A DNA stretch of 64,000 nt, from the NCBI GenBank assembly GCA_045540755.1, contig JAZQHV010000073.1:2434-66433 (forward strand). The letters run 5' to 3'. The notes beneath the pieces were generated by a model. That model worked only from the letters and a program-made list of their open reading frames with translations, was not told where the DNA came from and did not search any database. Made by a program: the position numbers and the translations under genes. Shown here piece by piece: positions 26,027 to 34,779 of the stretch. Position 1 is the first letter of the stretch. Every line of letters starts with the position of its first letter. Source of the stretch: Eubacteriales bacterium (GTDB lineage: Bacteria; Bacillota; Clostridia; Oscillospirales; CAG-272).

Positions 26027-26777
26027 AATAGTAACCGTATCCTTTCTTCTTTCTTCCTTTTTTCGTGCGTCTCTTCACGACGTTGGCATGCATACTGGGA
26101 ACCTCGCCGAGTACGGGGATACCGACCTTTTGTACAAAGTCGTTTTCATCCTTAACACGGTTGTCCAACATATACCAAACAATGATCAGTGCGCCCGAAA
26201 GCACAACGCCGAGCACCAGACCGATCAGCATATTTCCACGGATATCCGGAGACGAGGGCACGTAGTTCGGCACAGATTCGCCGAGCGGATTGCATCGACC
26301 GCTGTCAAAGATCTCGCTGATCATATCAATCGCGACGTCTACCATCGTGTTGCAGACCAGTGCAGACAGCTTCGGATCGGCACTGCGAACGGAGATCTCG
26401 AGGACCTCGGTATTATCCACAACCGAGAATTCCAGCTTATAGTCCTGCACCTTGGAAGCCACAAACTCCTCGTTCTGCGAAAGCTTGTACTTCAAGAGAT
26501 CCTTGGCTCGCGGGCTCTCCATGATGATACAGTATGTATTCGCCATAGAACGCGAAGCACTCAGGTCACTGGAGAGGATCTTGCTGTCCTGCAAATCCTG
26601 TGTATTACTGATATACACCTGCGTTTTCGCCGTGAACATCTCCGTCAGGAGGAAAGACGAGATGGCGAATGCGGCAAGCGCACCCATCATTGCCGCGACG
26701 ATGATCCAAACGATCTTGGTACGCAGCATATAGAATATAACTTTGAAGTCCAAAGTCTTTTCCATTATATATACCAT
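25998..26777 (-). CDS. cpsC: CpsC/YwqC-type (Wzz-like) transmembrane modulator of the BY-kinase
   Basis: Two TM segments flanking an extracytoplasmic loop. 29-nt overlap with the kinase gene. Basic/Tyr-rich end KKGRKKKGYGYYYAYT. An alternative start, MEKTL at 26765, is equally plausible. Confidence 0.75.
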   Translation of the reverse strand: MVYIMEKTLDFKVIFYMLRTKIVWIIVAAMMGALAAFAISSFLLTEMFTAKTQVYISNTQDLQDSKILSSDLSASRSMANTYCIIMESPRAKDLLKYKLSQNEEFVASKVQDYKLEFSVVDNTEVLEISVRSADPKLSALVCNTMVDVAIDMISEIFDSGRCNPLGESVPNYVPSSPDIRGNMLIGLVLGVVLSGALIIVWYMLDNRVKDENDFVQKVGIPVLGEVPSMHANVVKRRTKKGRKKKGYGYYYAYTKQSDN

Positions 26778-26852
26778 GTCCTTTCGAAAGCATTACACTT
26801 TATTGTACCAAAACCGTAATAGCAAGTCAATAGATTTTTATGTTTTCCTTGG

Positions 26853-26881
26853 TTGAATATTTTTGCATGATGTGCTATACT
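26853..26881 (+). promoter_or_regulatory. sigma-A-type promoter
   Basis: TTGAAT (26853-26858), 17 nt, TGcTATACT (26873-26881). Confidence 0.5.
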
Positions 26882-26918
26882 TTATAGAACACCTCTAAAA
26901 AACAAGGAAAGAGAACGT

Positions 26919-28061
26919 ATGACTGAAAAACTTTACTATACAAATGCGTTTTGCAAAGAATTTGACGCGACCGTCGTTTCCTGCGTCGAGAAAAACGGAG
27001 CGTTTTTCGTTGCGCTCGACCGCACCGCCTTCTTCCCCGAAGGTGGCGGTCAATTCGGAGACAGCGGCCGCTTGAATGGGATCGCCGTGACCGACACGCA
27101 GGAAAAGGACGACGAGATCTGGCACCGTACGGCGGAGCCGATCGCCGTCGGTACGGCAGTACACGGTGTGCTGGATTTTGACAAACGCTTCCGTCGTATG
27201 CAGTGCCACAGCGGCGAGCATATCCTGTCGGGGCTCCTGCACAAGCTGTACGGCGCAAACAACGTCGGCTTCCACCTCGGTGAAAGCGACGTTACCATCG
27301 ACATTGACCGCGTGCTCACGGAGGAAGAGCTTTTGCGCGTAGAATCGCTTGCCAATGAAGCGGTGGCAAACGATCTCCCCGTGCACGTGTGGTTCCCCAC
27401 GCCCCAAGAAGCCGCCGCCTGCACCTACCGTGCCAAACTCGATATCACCGAGGGGCTTCGCCTTGTGGAATTCCCCGGCTACGATATCTGTGCCTGCTGT
27501 GCGCCGCACGTGAAGACCACGGGGCAGATCGGCATCATCAAGATCCTTGACCATGCCAACTACAAGGGCGGCATGCGCATCCACATCCTTTGCGGCGAAA
27601 TGGCACTTGCCGACTACCGCGCACGCTACAAGGCGGTACAGGGCATTTCGGTGCTCCTTTCCGCAAAGCAAAGCGAGGTCGCCGAGGCGGTGGAGCGCCT
27701 GAAGAAGGAAAATGAAACGCTTGCCGCTTCCCTTTCCGCGCTGAAAAAAGCGCTCGCAACGGAAATGGCGAACGCGGCAAAGGAAACCGCAGGTAGCCTC
27801 ATCTTTTTTGCACCGCTTGACGGCGCGTCTCTGCGCACACTCGTCAATGCGGCTCTCCCGAAGTGCGGCGGCATCTGTGCGGCATTTTCGGGCGAGGACG
27901 GCGCATACAGCTTCTGCATGGCGAGCAAAAGCGTTGATCTGCGCGCGAAAGCCAAGGAAATCGGCGAGGCGCTCCGCGGTCGCGGCGGCGGAAGCCCCGA
28001 GATGATCAACGGAAGCTGTTCCGCCACGCGACAAGAGATCGAGACGTATTTTCAATGCTGA
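26919..28061 (+). CDS. alaX: alanyl-tRNA editing protein AlaX-L type (AlaRS editing domain + DHHA1)
   Basis: YYTNAFCKEFDATV..., Zn motif HSGEHILSG ... CACCAPH, C-terminal GGGSPEMINGS (DHHA1-like GGG). Confidence 0.8.
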   Translation: MTEKLYYTNAFCKEFDATVVSCVEKNGAFFVALDRTAFFPEGGGQFGDSGRLNGIAVTDTQEKDDEIWHRTAEPIAVGTAVHGVLDFDKRFRRMQCHSGEHILSGLLHKLYGANNVGFHLGESDVTIDIDRVLTEEELLRVESLANEAVANDLPVHVWFPTPQEAAACTYRAKLDITEGLRLVEFPGYDICACCAPHVKTTGQIGIIKILDHANYKGGMRIHILCGEMALADYRARYKAVQGISVLLSAKQSEVAEAVERLKKENETLAASLSALKKALATEMANAAKETAGSLIFFAPLDGASLRTLVNAALPKCGGICAAFSGEDGAYSFCMASKSVDLRAKAKEIGEALRGRGGGSPEMINGSCSATRQEIETYFQC

Positions 28062-28063
28062 AT

Positions 28064-28102
28064 AAAAGAGGCTGCAAAGGATTTTCCTTTACAGCCTCTT
28101 TT
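28064..28102. terminator. bidirectional intrinsic terminator
   Basis: AAAGAGGCTG-CAAAGGA-ttt-TCCTTTA-CAGCCTCTTT between convergent genes. Confidence 0.75.
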
Positions 28103-28106
28103 CGAT

Positions 28107-28958
28107 TCATACGCCCGAATAGGCGGAAAATCCGCCGTCGATGGGCAGAACCACACCCGTGATAAAGCCTGCCGCCTTTTCATTGAGCAGGAAAAGCAGA
28201 CCGCCCGCAAGCTCCTCGGTCTCGCCAAAGCGCCCCATGGGCGTTGCCGCAAGGATCTTGTCCGTGCGCGCGGTCGGGGTGCCGTCCTCGTTCCAGAGCA
28301 ACTTTGCATTCTGCTTGGTCGAGAAAAAACCGGGAGCAATGGCATTTACGCGGATGCCCTCTTTGGAAAAGTGCACCGCCAGCCATTGCGTAAAGTTGGA
28401 GATTGCTGCCTTTGCGCCCGAATAAGCGGGGATCTTGGTGAGAGGGGTGTATGCGTTCATCGAGGAAATGTTGAGAATTGAACATCCCTTTTTTCCAAGC
28501 ATCTGCGGTACAAATACCTGCGTGGGGATCAGCGTGCCGAGAAAATTGAGGTTGAACACAAATTCCACGCCGTCCGCATCCAGGTCAAAAAAGCTCTTGG
28601 TATCGGCATCGATGTCGCCGCGTTCGTAATATTCCTTGTCCGTAGTCGCACGGGGGTTGTTGCCGCCCGCGCCGTTGATAAGGATATCGCACTTACCAAG
28701 GTCGCTTTCCACCGCCTTTGCCACGGCGGTGCACGCCGCTTTGTCCAGCACGTTGCACGCATACGCCTTGGCGATGCCACCCTCGGCACAGATCTCCTCT
28801 GCAAAGGTACGTGCCGCCTCTTCGTTAATGTCGAGCAAGGCAACCTTTGCCCCTGCCCTCGCAAGCACCTTGGCAAAATAACTGCACAAAACGCCGCCCG
28901 CGCCCGTGATTACGGCGACCTTGCCGCTAAGATCGGTATTTAAAACATTCTGCTTCAC
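28107..28958 (-). CDS. uxuB: SDR-family oxidoreductase, D-mannonate/fructuronate oxidoreductase (UxuB-like)
   Basis: Rossmann motif VAVITGAGGVLCSYFA, catalytic YSGAKAA. 4-nt overlap with uxuA. The UxuB call rests on context plus family resemblance. Confidence 0.65.
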   Translation of the reverse strand: MKQNVLNTDLSGKVAVITGAGGVLCSYFAKVLARAGAKVALLDINEEAARTFAEEICAEGGIAKAYACNVLDKAACTAVAKAVESDLGKCDILINGAGGNNPRATTDKEYYERGDIDADTKSFFDLDADGVEFVFNLNFLGTLIPTQVFVPQMLGKKGCSILNISSMNAYTPLTKIPAYSGAKAAISNFTQWLAVHFSKEGIRVNAIAPGFFSTKQNAKLLWNEDGTPTARTDKILAATPMGRFGETEELAGGLLFLLNEKAAGFITGVVLPIDGGFSAYSGV

Positions 28959-30010
28959 GTATTCTTCTCCTTTTCGCAGGCCTCAAACAATCCGTTGATG
29001 TAGGCGGCACCGAGCGCACGGTCATACAGACCGTAGCCGGGCTTGCCGTTCTCGCCCCAGATCATTCGACCGTGGTCGGGGCGGACGTAGCCCGCATAAT
29101 TGCTGTCTGCAAGCGCTTTTACGATTTCGTATATGTCCAACGAACCGCAATCGGACAAATGCGCGGTCTCCTCAAAGGAGCCGTCGTCCAGAATCCTTAC
29201 GTTCCGGATATGCATAAACGCGATTCTGTCCATGGCGGCATATTTACGCACCATCCGCACGACGTTGTTGCTATTCGTACAGCCAAGACTGCCCGTGCAA
29301 AAGCACAGGCTGTTGGCAGGGCTGTCGTATATCTTCAAAAAACGGTCCAGATTCTCTTCACAGGTGATAATGCGGGGCAGACCGAAAATGGAATACGGCG
29401 GATCGTCGGGATGGATCGCCATGCGGACACCGCACGCCTCAGCCACGGGGATCACCTTTCGCAAAAAGCGCTCCAGATTGCGCCAGAGGCCCTCTTCTCC
29501 GAGTGCACAATAAGCGGCAATCAGCTCGCGAACCTCGCTTTGCGTATAGCTGGCATCCCAGCCGGGAAGATGGATGTCATCGTGTAGCGGATCCAGCCCC
29601 TGTAGCTGCTCCACGTACATGACGAGAGAGGTCGAGCCGTCGGGCGCTTGTTTATCCAGTTGTGTTCTTGTCCAGTCAAACACGGGCATAAAGTTGTAGG
29701 TGATACATTTCACGCCGTACTCCGCACAGCGTCGGATATTCTCGCAGTACACGTCGAGCAGGGTCTCCACGTTGCCGCGCCCCAGCTTGATGTCCTCATG
29801 CACGGGGATGGATTCCACCACGTCAAATACAAGGCCGTGCGCCGCCGCATCGGTCTGCAACGCCGCGAGACTCTCTCTCGGCCAGACCACGCCCGGTTTT
29901 ACGTCATAGATTGCCGAAACGACCGAGTGCATCCCGGGGATCTGCGCGATATGGGCAAGCGGAATGGGATCCTCCTTGCCGTACCAACGAAAGGAAAGCT
30001 TCATCTGCAT
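28955..30010 (-). CDS. uxuA: mannonate dehydratase
   Basis: M(Q)MKLSFRWYGKEDPIPLAHIAQIPGM..., ...CITYNFMPVFDWTRT... are canonical UxuA. Start could be 30010 or 30004. Confidence 0.9.
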   Translation of the reverse strand: MQMKLSFRWYGKEDPIPLAHIAQIPGMHSVVSAIYDVKPGVVWPRESLAALQTDAAAHGLVFDVVESIPVHEDIKLGRGNVETLLDVYCENIRRCAEYGVKCITYNFMPVFDWTRTQLDKQAPDGSTSLVMYVEQLQGLDPLHDDIHLPGWDASYTQSEVRELIAAYCALGEEGLWRNLERFLRKVIPVAEACGVRMAIHPDDPPYSIFGLPRIITCEENLDRFLKIYDSPANSLCFCTGSLGCTNSNNVVRMVRKYAAMDRIAFMHIRNVRILDDGSFEETAHLSDCGSLDIYEIVKALADSNYAGYVRPDHGRMIWGENGKPGYGLYDRALGAAYINGLFEACEKEKNT

Positions 30011-30014
30011 GGCG

Positions 30015-31184
30015 TTACCATCTGACCTTCCAGCGCTCGCGAAGCGCCTCAAGCGGCTCGCTCTCGCTCCCGTTTTTCACGCCAACTTCCGTCGCACAAA
30101 GCTCTGTGAGATGTTTTTCAAAGATCTCCTCATCCACGGGGATCTCCGCAAAATCGTTCGTCCACGTCGAAATATACGCCGCATTGGAGATAGAAAGCGA
30201 GTTGAGTCCCTCGCGTCCGTCCGCGATCATGGGTGTGCCGTGCAGGATGGATTTTGCAAACGCCTCCAGCACGGTTGCATGACCGTTCACACGCGCATCC
30301 TCAAACTCCTCATACTCGGTTTCGGGCATTGCCATTCCCTTTTTCGAAGTAACACAGAATTCTCTCTCGGGCGTTGTAAGCTTCCACCATTTGAGCTTGC
30401 CTCCCTCGACCACGATCTTGCCCTTGTCGCCTGAGATCTCCAGACGGTTGGTGCCGGGTGCTTCGCCCGTCGTCGTGATGAACGTTGCCACCGCACCGTT
30501 TTCGTATTCACCAAAAATGGTAACGTCGTCTTCAATGGCGACCTTGTGATATTTGCCGAATTCGCAGAAGGCACGCACGCGCTTGGGCATGCCGAAGATC
30601 CATTGCCAGAGATCGAGATTATGCGGTGCCTGATTCAGCAGTACGCCGCCGCCCTCTCCGTTCCACGTCGCACGCCACGAGCCGGAATTGTAGTACGCCT
30701 GCGTGCGATACCAGTTGGTCACGATCCATACAAGGCGTTTCAGCTTGCCGAGCGTACCGCTCTGCACGATCTCGCGTGCTTTCGCATACAGCGTATTGGT
30801 GCGCTGATTGAACATGATGCCGAATTTTACGCCTGCGGCATCGGCGGCCGCATTCATCTCGCGCACCTGACGGGTGTATACGCCCGCAGGCTTTTCAGTG
30901 ATGACGTGCAGACCTCTCTTGAACGCCTCGATCGCATATGTGGGATGGTCATAGTGCGGCACGGCGATAATGACGGTATCGACAGCGCCGCTGTCCATCA
31001 TGGCAAGCGCATCCGAAAAGTACTGCGCGTCCGGGTGCTTTTCCTTTGCAAGCGCAAGCTTTTTCTCGTCGATGTCGCAGATCGCGCTGACCTCGACCGA
31101 GGGGCAATTGCCCTCCAACACGTTGTTTAGATGCAATCTGCCTATGTTACCGTATCCGATAATACCAAGTCTGATCTTTTCCAT
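30015..31184 (-). CDS. Gfo/Idh/MocA-family NAD(P)-dependent oxidoreductase
   Basis: GGAGGGG RBS. IRLGIIGYGNIGRLH Rossmann N-terminus, EKPAGV motif. Confidence 0.85.
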   Translation of the reverse strand: MEKIRLGIIGYGNIGRLHLNNVLEGNCPSVEVSAICDIDEKKLALAKEKHPDAQYFSDALAMMDSGAVDTVIIAVPHYDHPTYAIEAFKRGLHVITEKPAGVYTRQVREMNAAADAAGVKFGIMFNQRTNTLYAKAREIVQSGTLGKLKRLVWIVTNWYRTQAYYNSGSWRATWNGEGGGVLLNQAPHNLDLWQWIFGMPKRVRAFCEFGKYHKVAIEDDVTIFGEYENGAVATFITTTGEAPGTNRLEISGDKGKIVVEGGKLKWWKLTTPEREFCVTSKKGMAMPETEYEEFEDARVNGHATVLEAFAKSILHGTPMIADGREGLNSLSISNAAYISTWTNDFAEIPVDEEIFEKHLTELCATEVGVKNGSESEPLEALRERWKVRW

Positions 31185-31196
31185 ATTTCCCCTCCG

Positions 31197-32261
31197 CTAA
31201 ACCTTTTCATTTCTGTGTTTTTCAATAAATTCCATATAGAACCGCCAGCCATGGCGGGACATAAAGTGGTGGGATTCTATCATAAAGTAGCCAACCCGCC
31301 CCTTGAGAAATGCTTCCTTAGGTGCGGCAATCTTATCGCATACAAAGCCCGTGTGCCCGTTTTCCTCCCACGCGGGGCTTGCCGCAAGGCAGCAAAGCTG
31401 TTCGGAGCGCGGATCCGCCCACGTATCCAGACTGCAGGAGCCTACCAGCACAAAGCGCGGCGCGATGGCGGCAACCAGATAGTGCTGGTCAAAGTCCGCC
31501 GACACCGTTTTGTCTGCATATGCCGCAAAGACGGGCGAAAACCAGAACGGAAAGTTCCGCAGGATGTCCCGATAGGTCTCGCCGCGATGTCCCCGTACAG
31601 CATTCGGATCCGCCCCTGTGCCGCCGTGCGCAAGGCTTGCGCCGAGACAACCCGAGGAATTGGACAAAACGAATTTAAACCGCTCGTCCGTCATGGCACA
31701 GAACAGCGCGGTCTTGCCGAGTCGGGAGTGTCCCGCAACGGCAATGTTGTCCGCATCCGTGCCGGGGAGCGTCAGACCGTAATCCAACACGCGCTGTGCC
31801 GCCCACGCCCACATGGCGATCTTTCCGCAAGGCGCATCTTCCCGCAGCAAAAGTGGCGCGATCCCGTTTGTAAAATCACCGTCGTCGCTCGTCACGTCCT
31901 TGTAGCAAAAGACAAGAAAGTCGGCATCGTATTCCGAAAGTTCCTCCACGGGGAAATACTGTGTCACCGCCATCGGATGAAAGCTGATATAGATCACCAG
32001 AGGACGTTTTTGCCCGTCGCGGTGCAAGAGCCTGTCCACACGGAAGGTATGGCTCTGCTCCCCTGCCGTCACCGTCAGCTCCGTAAAGGATTGCGCCACG
32101 TTGCCGCAGGCGTAACGGCGCTCGACGTCGGTTGGCTCGGTTGCCGTAACACACGCCTGGGGAGAGGGCAGATACCCGTATACGCGTTTCTGCAGAATAC
32201 CCGCCATTTCCGCACGGCTTTTCAGCGGCGGCAAGGCTCTGTTTTTAAGCTCTGTTTTCAT
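31197..32261 (-). CDS. CE15-like (glucuronoyl esterase family) alpha/beta hydrolase, cytoplasmic
   Basis: Nucleophile motif GHSRLGKTALFCAMTDERF matches the CE15 G-C/H-S-R-x-G-K...D-x-R signature. No signal peptide. Confidence 0.6.
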   Translation of the reverse strand: MKTELKNRALPPLKSRAEMAGILQKRVYGYLPSPQACVTATEPTDVERRYACGNVAQSFTELTVTAGEQSHTFRVDRLLHRDGQKRPLVIYISFHPMAVTQYFPVEELSEYDADFLVFCYKDVTSDDGDFTNGIAPLLLREDAPCGKIAMWAWAAQRVLDYGLTLPGTDADNIAVAGHSRLGKTALFCAMTDERFKFVLSNSSGCLGASLAHGGTGADPNAVRGHRGETYRDILRNFPFWFSPVFAAYADKTVSADFDQHYLVAAIAPRFVLVGSCSLDTWADPRSEQLCCLAASPAWEENGHTGFVCDKIAAPKEAFLKGRVGYFMIESHHFMSRHGWRFYMEFIEKHRNEKV

Positions 32262-33084
32262 CGATGATCTCCTTCAAAGCGGCGGCTGCCGCATCAAATG
32301 CGGCTCTTCCCGACGGGTATTTGTACTCGCCGACCTTGGGCCTGTCGCCGCCCTCCAGCTCCTCGAGTCCTTTGAAGACGGAGAGATGCGGCTCCAGCGT
32401 GAGCACCTCGCCGCGGTACTGCGAAAGCAACCAAGGCAGATTGCCGATACCCTTGCCGGCAGGAACGACCTTGCCGTCGGCAAGTGCGTCCTTGATATGC
32501 ATATATTCTACATAAGGATACAGTTTTTCCCAAGCGTCCTTGGTATCCTGTCCGCATTGAATAAAGTTTGCGGGATCAAAGACCGCCTTGATGTCTGGGA
32601 ACGCCTCCTGAATACGCACACAACGGTCGGCTACATCTCCGTAAATGCCCTTCTCGTTTTCGTGGCACAGTTGAATTCCGCTCCCCTTTGCGGCATCGCG
32701 GAAGGCACTAAGGCGTTCCAACACCGCATCGGTATAGCCGTCCGCCTCTCCCTGCGGCACGTAAAAGCTGAACAGGCGAATATTCTTCGCACCGAGGACG
32801 TGTGCAAGCTCCAGTCCGTACTTGAACTTGTCCAGGTGCGGCGCAAAGTCATCGGTGATCTTGATCTTGCCGTAGGGCGAACCGATCGACCAAACGGCAA
32901 GCCCGTTTGCCTCCAGCTTTTCCCGAACCTCCTTGGCTTTTTCCACGGTGATCCCGGAGACGTTCTCACCGTCCACACCGCGGATCTCCAGATAGTCGAT
33001 GCCGTTTGCCAGCATGGCCTCGATCTGCTTGTCTACGTTTTTGCTCGCTTCATCCGCAAACGCACAAAGCTTGTATTGCATCAT
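32245..33084 (-). CDS. xylose-isomerase-like TIM-barrel protein (sugar phosphate isomerase/epimerase family)
   Basis: 279 aa. ...GIDYLEIRG..., ...NIRLFSFY..., ...LCHENEKG..., ...YMHIKDA... are typical AP_endonuc_2-fold metal-site motifs. Confidence 0.75.
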   Translation of the reverse strand: MMQYKLCAFADEASKNVDKQIEAMLANGIDYLEIRGVDGENVSGITVEKAKEVREKLEANGLAVWSIGSPYGKIKITDDFAPHLDKFKYGLELAHVLGAKNIRLFSFYVPQGEADGYTDAVLERLSAFRDAAKGSGIQLCHENEKGIYGDVADRCVRIQEAFPDIKAVFDPANFIQCGQDTKDAWEKLYPYVEYMHIKDALADGKVVPAGKGIGNLPWLLSQYRGEVLTLEPHLSVFKGLEELEGGDRPKVGEYKYPSGRAAFDAAAAALKEIIDENRA

Positions 33085-33827
33085 TCAAATCCTCTCGATC
33101 TCAAAAAGTCATAACTACGCTTCAAGCATGCAAACGGATCCTCGCCGCCGCAGTCGTCCTGCTCGACGAACATATACTCGGTGCCCGCCACCTCTGCCTT
33201 CTCAAACACACGGTCAAAGTTGATATTGCCCTCGCCGACCACCGCCATTTTCGGCCCGTATGCGTAGTCCTTAAGATGAATGCACGGTACTCTGCCCGAA
33301 AGCATCTCAATATACGCGGCAGGATCTCCGCCGCCTACCTGCACCCAGTAGGTATCTACGGTGAAGCCCATATGCGCGGGGGCAAAATCCTCAGAAAGCC
33401 GCTCTAAAATGGTTTTTTTGCCGATACGGATCAGCTCGCTTGCGTGGTTATGGTACATGAAGTATTTTCCGCCGTCTGCGATCGCCTTTGCCACCGGCTT
33501 GTATTCTTCGCAAAAGGCGGCATACTCCTCGGCTTCTCCTGTGAACTTATGATATCCGAGTCCGATATACGGACATCCGAAAACGCCGTGCTCGGAAACG
33601 ACCTGCGCGGTCTCCTCCAGTAAGCGCTTTGTCGGGATGTGCGTCAACGTACATTGCATACCGTTTTTCTGTAGTTCGTCCCATAGCCAAGCCGCATCGT
33701 ATGCACACGTGCCCGAGACCTGCACGAATTTATACCCGATCTCGGCAATTCTTGCGAGCGTTTTTGCGAAATCGTCTGTATTTTTACAAAAGTCACGCAC
33801 CGTAAAAAGCTGTGCGCCAATTCTCAT
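33081..33827 (-). CDS. xylose-isomerase-like TIM-barrel protein (second, divergent)
   Basis: 248 aa. MRIGAQLFTVRD..., ...FMYHNHASE..., ...CIHLKD..., ...FVEQD. 4-nt overlap with the downstream paralogous-fold gene. Confidence 0.75.
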   Translation of the reverse strand: MRIGAQLFTVRDFCKNTDDFAKTLARIAEIGYKFVQVSGTCAYDAAWLWDELQKNGMQCTLTHIPTKRLLEETAQVVSEHGVFGCPYIGLGYHKFTGEAEEYAAFCEEYKPVAKAIADGGKYFMYHNHASELIRIGKKTILERLSEDFAPAHMGFTVDTYWVQVGGGDPAAYIEMLSGRVPCIHLKDYAYGPKMAVVGEGNINFDRVFEKAEVAGTEYMFVEQDDCGGEDPFACLKRSYDFLRSRGFE

Positions 33828-33847
33828 ATCATCACCGCCTTTTCTTT

Positions 33848-33876
33848 ATTATAACAGAAACGAATTCGCATTTAAA
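33848..33876 (-). promoter_or_regulatory. candidate promoter of the TIM-barrel...uxuAB operon
   Basis: Minus strand: TTTAAA, 17 nt, TGtTATAAT. About 20 nt upstream of ATG 33827. Confidence 0.45.
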
Positions 33877-33898
33877 TTGTATTTCAAAGCATTTTATA

Positions 33899-33927
33899 TT
33901 GCAAAAACATGCATAAACCGCTATAAT
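33899..33927 (+). promoter_or_regulatory. near-consensus promoter placed for a leaderless AraC mRNA
   Basis: TTGCAA (33899-33904), exactly 17 nt, TATAAT (33922-33927). The ATG at 33934 is 7 nt after the -10, with no SD in between. Confidence 0.55.
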
Positions 33928-33933
33928 ACAAGT

Positions 33934-34764
33934 ATGGATACTTTAAAACAATACAAACTGAACGAGTTCTACGTCAAGCATGCCGTGACCGATACGCCGC
34001 ACGACGATACCTTTGCCATGCATATTCACGACTCTTTCGAGATCTACTTTTTCGTCTCCGGCGCAGTCGAATACCTTGTCGAAGGCACAAGCTATCCCCT
34101 GAACACGGGCGATCTGCTTTTGATTCGCCCAAGCGAGGTACACAAGCCCAAAATCACAGACAGCGTACAATACGAACGGTACAATATCAATTTTCCCGCT
34201 ACCTTCCTGAAGGATATTGATCCCCAAAACCGACTGCTCCGTCCATTTTTGAGCAGATCCCTCGGACAGAAAAACCGATATTCCTTGGCAGAGCTTGGTT
34301 CCCCGCCCGTCCAAAAAATGTTTCATGACCTGTGTTACTGTACAGAGGATGCATACGGAAAACGGCTGAAAGCACTGACGTTTCTGATCACACTGCTGGA
34401 TGCGGTACAGCGCGCCTACGACCGCAAAAGTGCGGCAGAGAGCATAAAAAACAGCCGCGATGCGGAAATTGTGGCATATGTCAATGCACATGTCACGGAA
34501 AGCATTTCCGTACCGCGGCTTGCAAATCGGTTCTATGTAAGCGCTTCTCAGTTCACCCGCATTTTCAAAAATGCAACGGGCGTCGCCCCTTGGAGCTATA
34601 TTACTGTCAAGCGGCTTTCTTTGGCAAACGAAAAACTGCAAAAGGGCATGCCTGCGCGTGAGGCGGCGTCCGCCGCAGGCTTTAACGACTATTCGGTGTT
34701 CTACCGCGCATATATCAAGCATTTCGGGCATGCCCCCACCGTGGGAAAGCAGGATGTGTTTTAA
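33934..34764 (+). CDS. AraC family transcriptional regulator (cupin + HTH), divergent from uxu operon
   Basis: Track ORF 33637..34764 trimmed to MDTLKQYKL (the rest overlaps the minus-strand gene). Cupin HIHDSFEIYFFVSG. HTH ...AASAAGFNDYSVFYRAYIKHFGHAP. Confidence 0.8.
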   Translation: MDTLKQYKLNEFYVKHAVTDTPHDDTFAMHIHDSFEIYFFVSGAVEYLVEGTSYPLNTGDLLLIRPSEVHKPKITDSVQYERYNINFPATFLKDIDPQNRLLRPFLSRSLGQKNRYSLAELGSPPVQKMFHDLCYCTEDAYGKRLKALTFLITLLDAVQRAYDRKSAAESIKNSRDAEIVAYVNAHVTESISVPRLANRFYVSASQFTRIFKNATGVAPWSYITVKRLSLANEKLQKGMPAREAASAAGFNDYSVFYRAYIKHFGHAPTVGKQDVF

Positions 34765-34779
34765 AGCGGTTTTTTCGAT

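Noticed and set aside
30015-33827. Direct identification of the oxidoreductase and TIM-barrel genes as DgpA/DgpBC-type C-glycoside deglycosidase.
   Set aside because: As I recall, the characterised C-C cleaving enzyme is a large TIM-barrel subunit plus a small (about 130-160 aa) partner. Here both proteins are full-length TIM barrels (279 and 248 aa), and the context is uronate catabolism. Only the generic oxidation-elimination hypothesis is retained.
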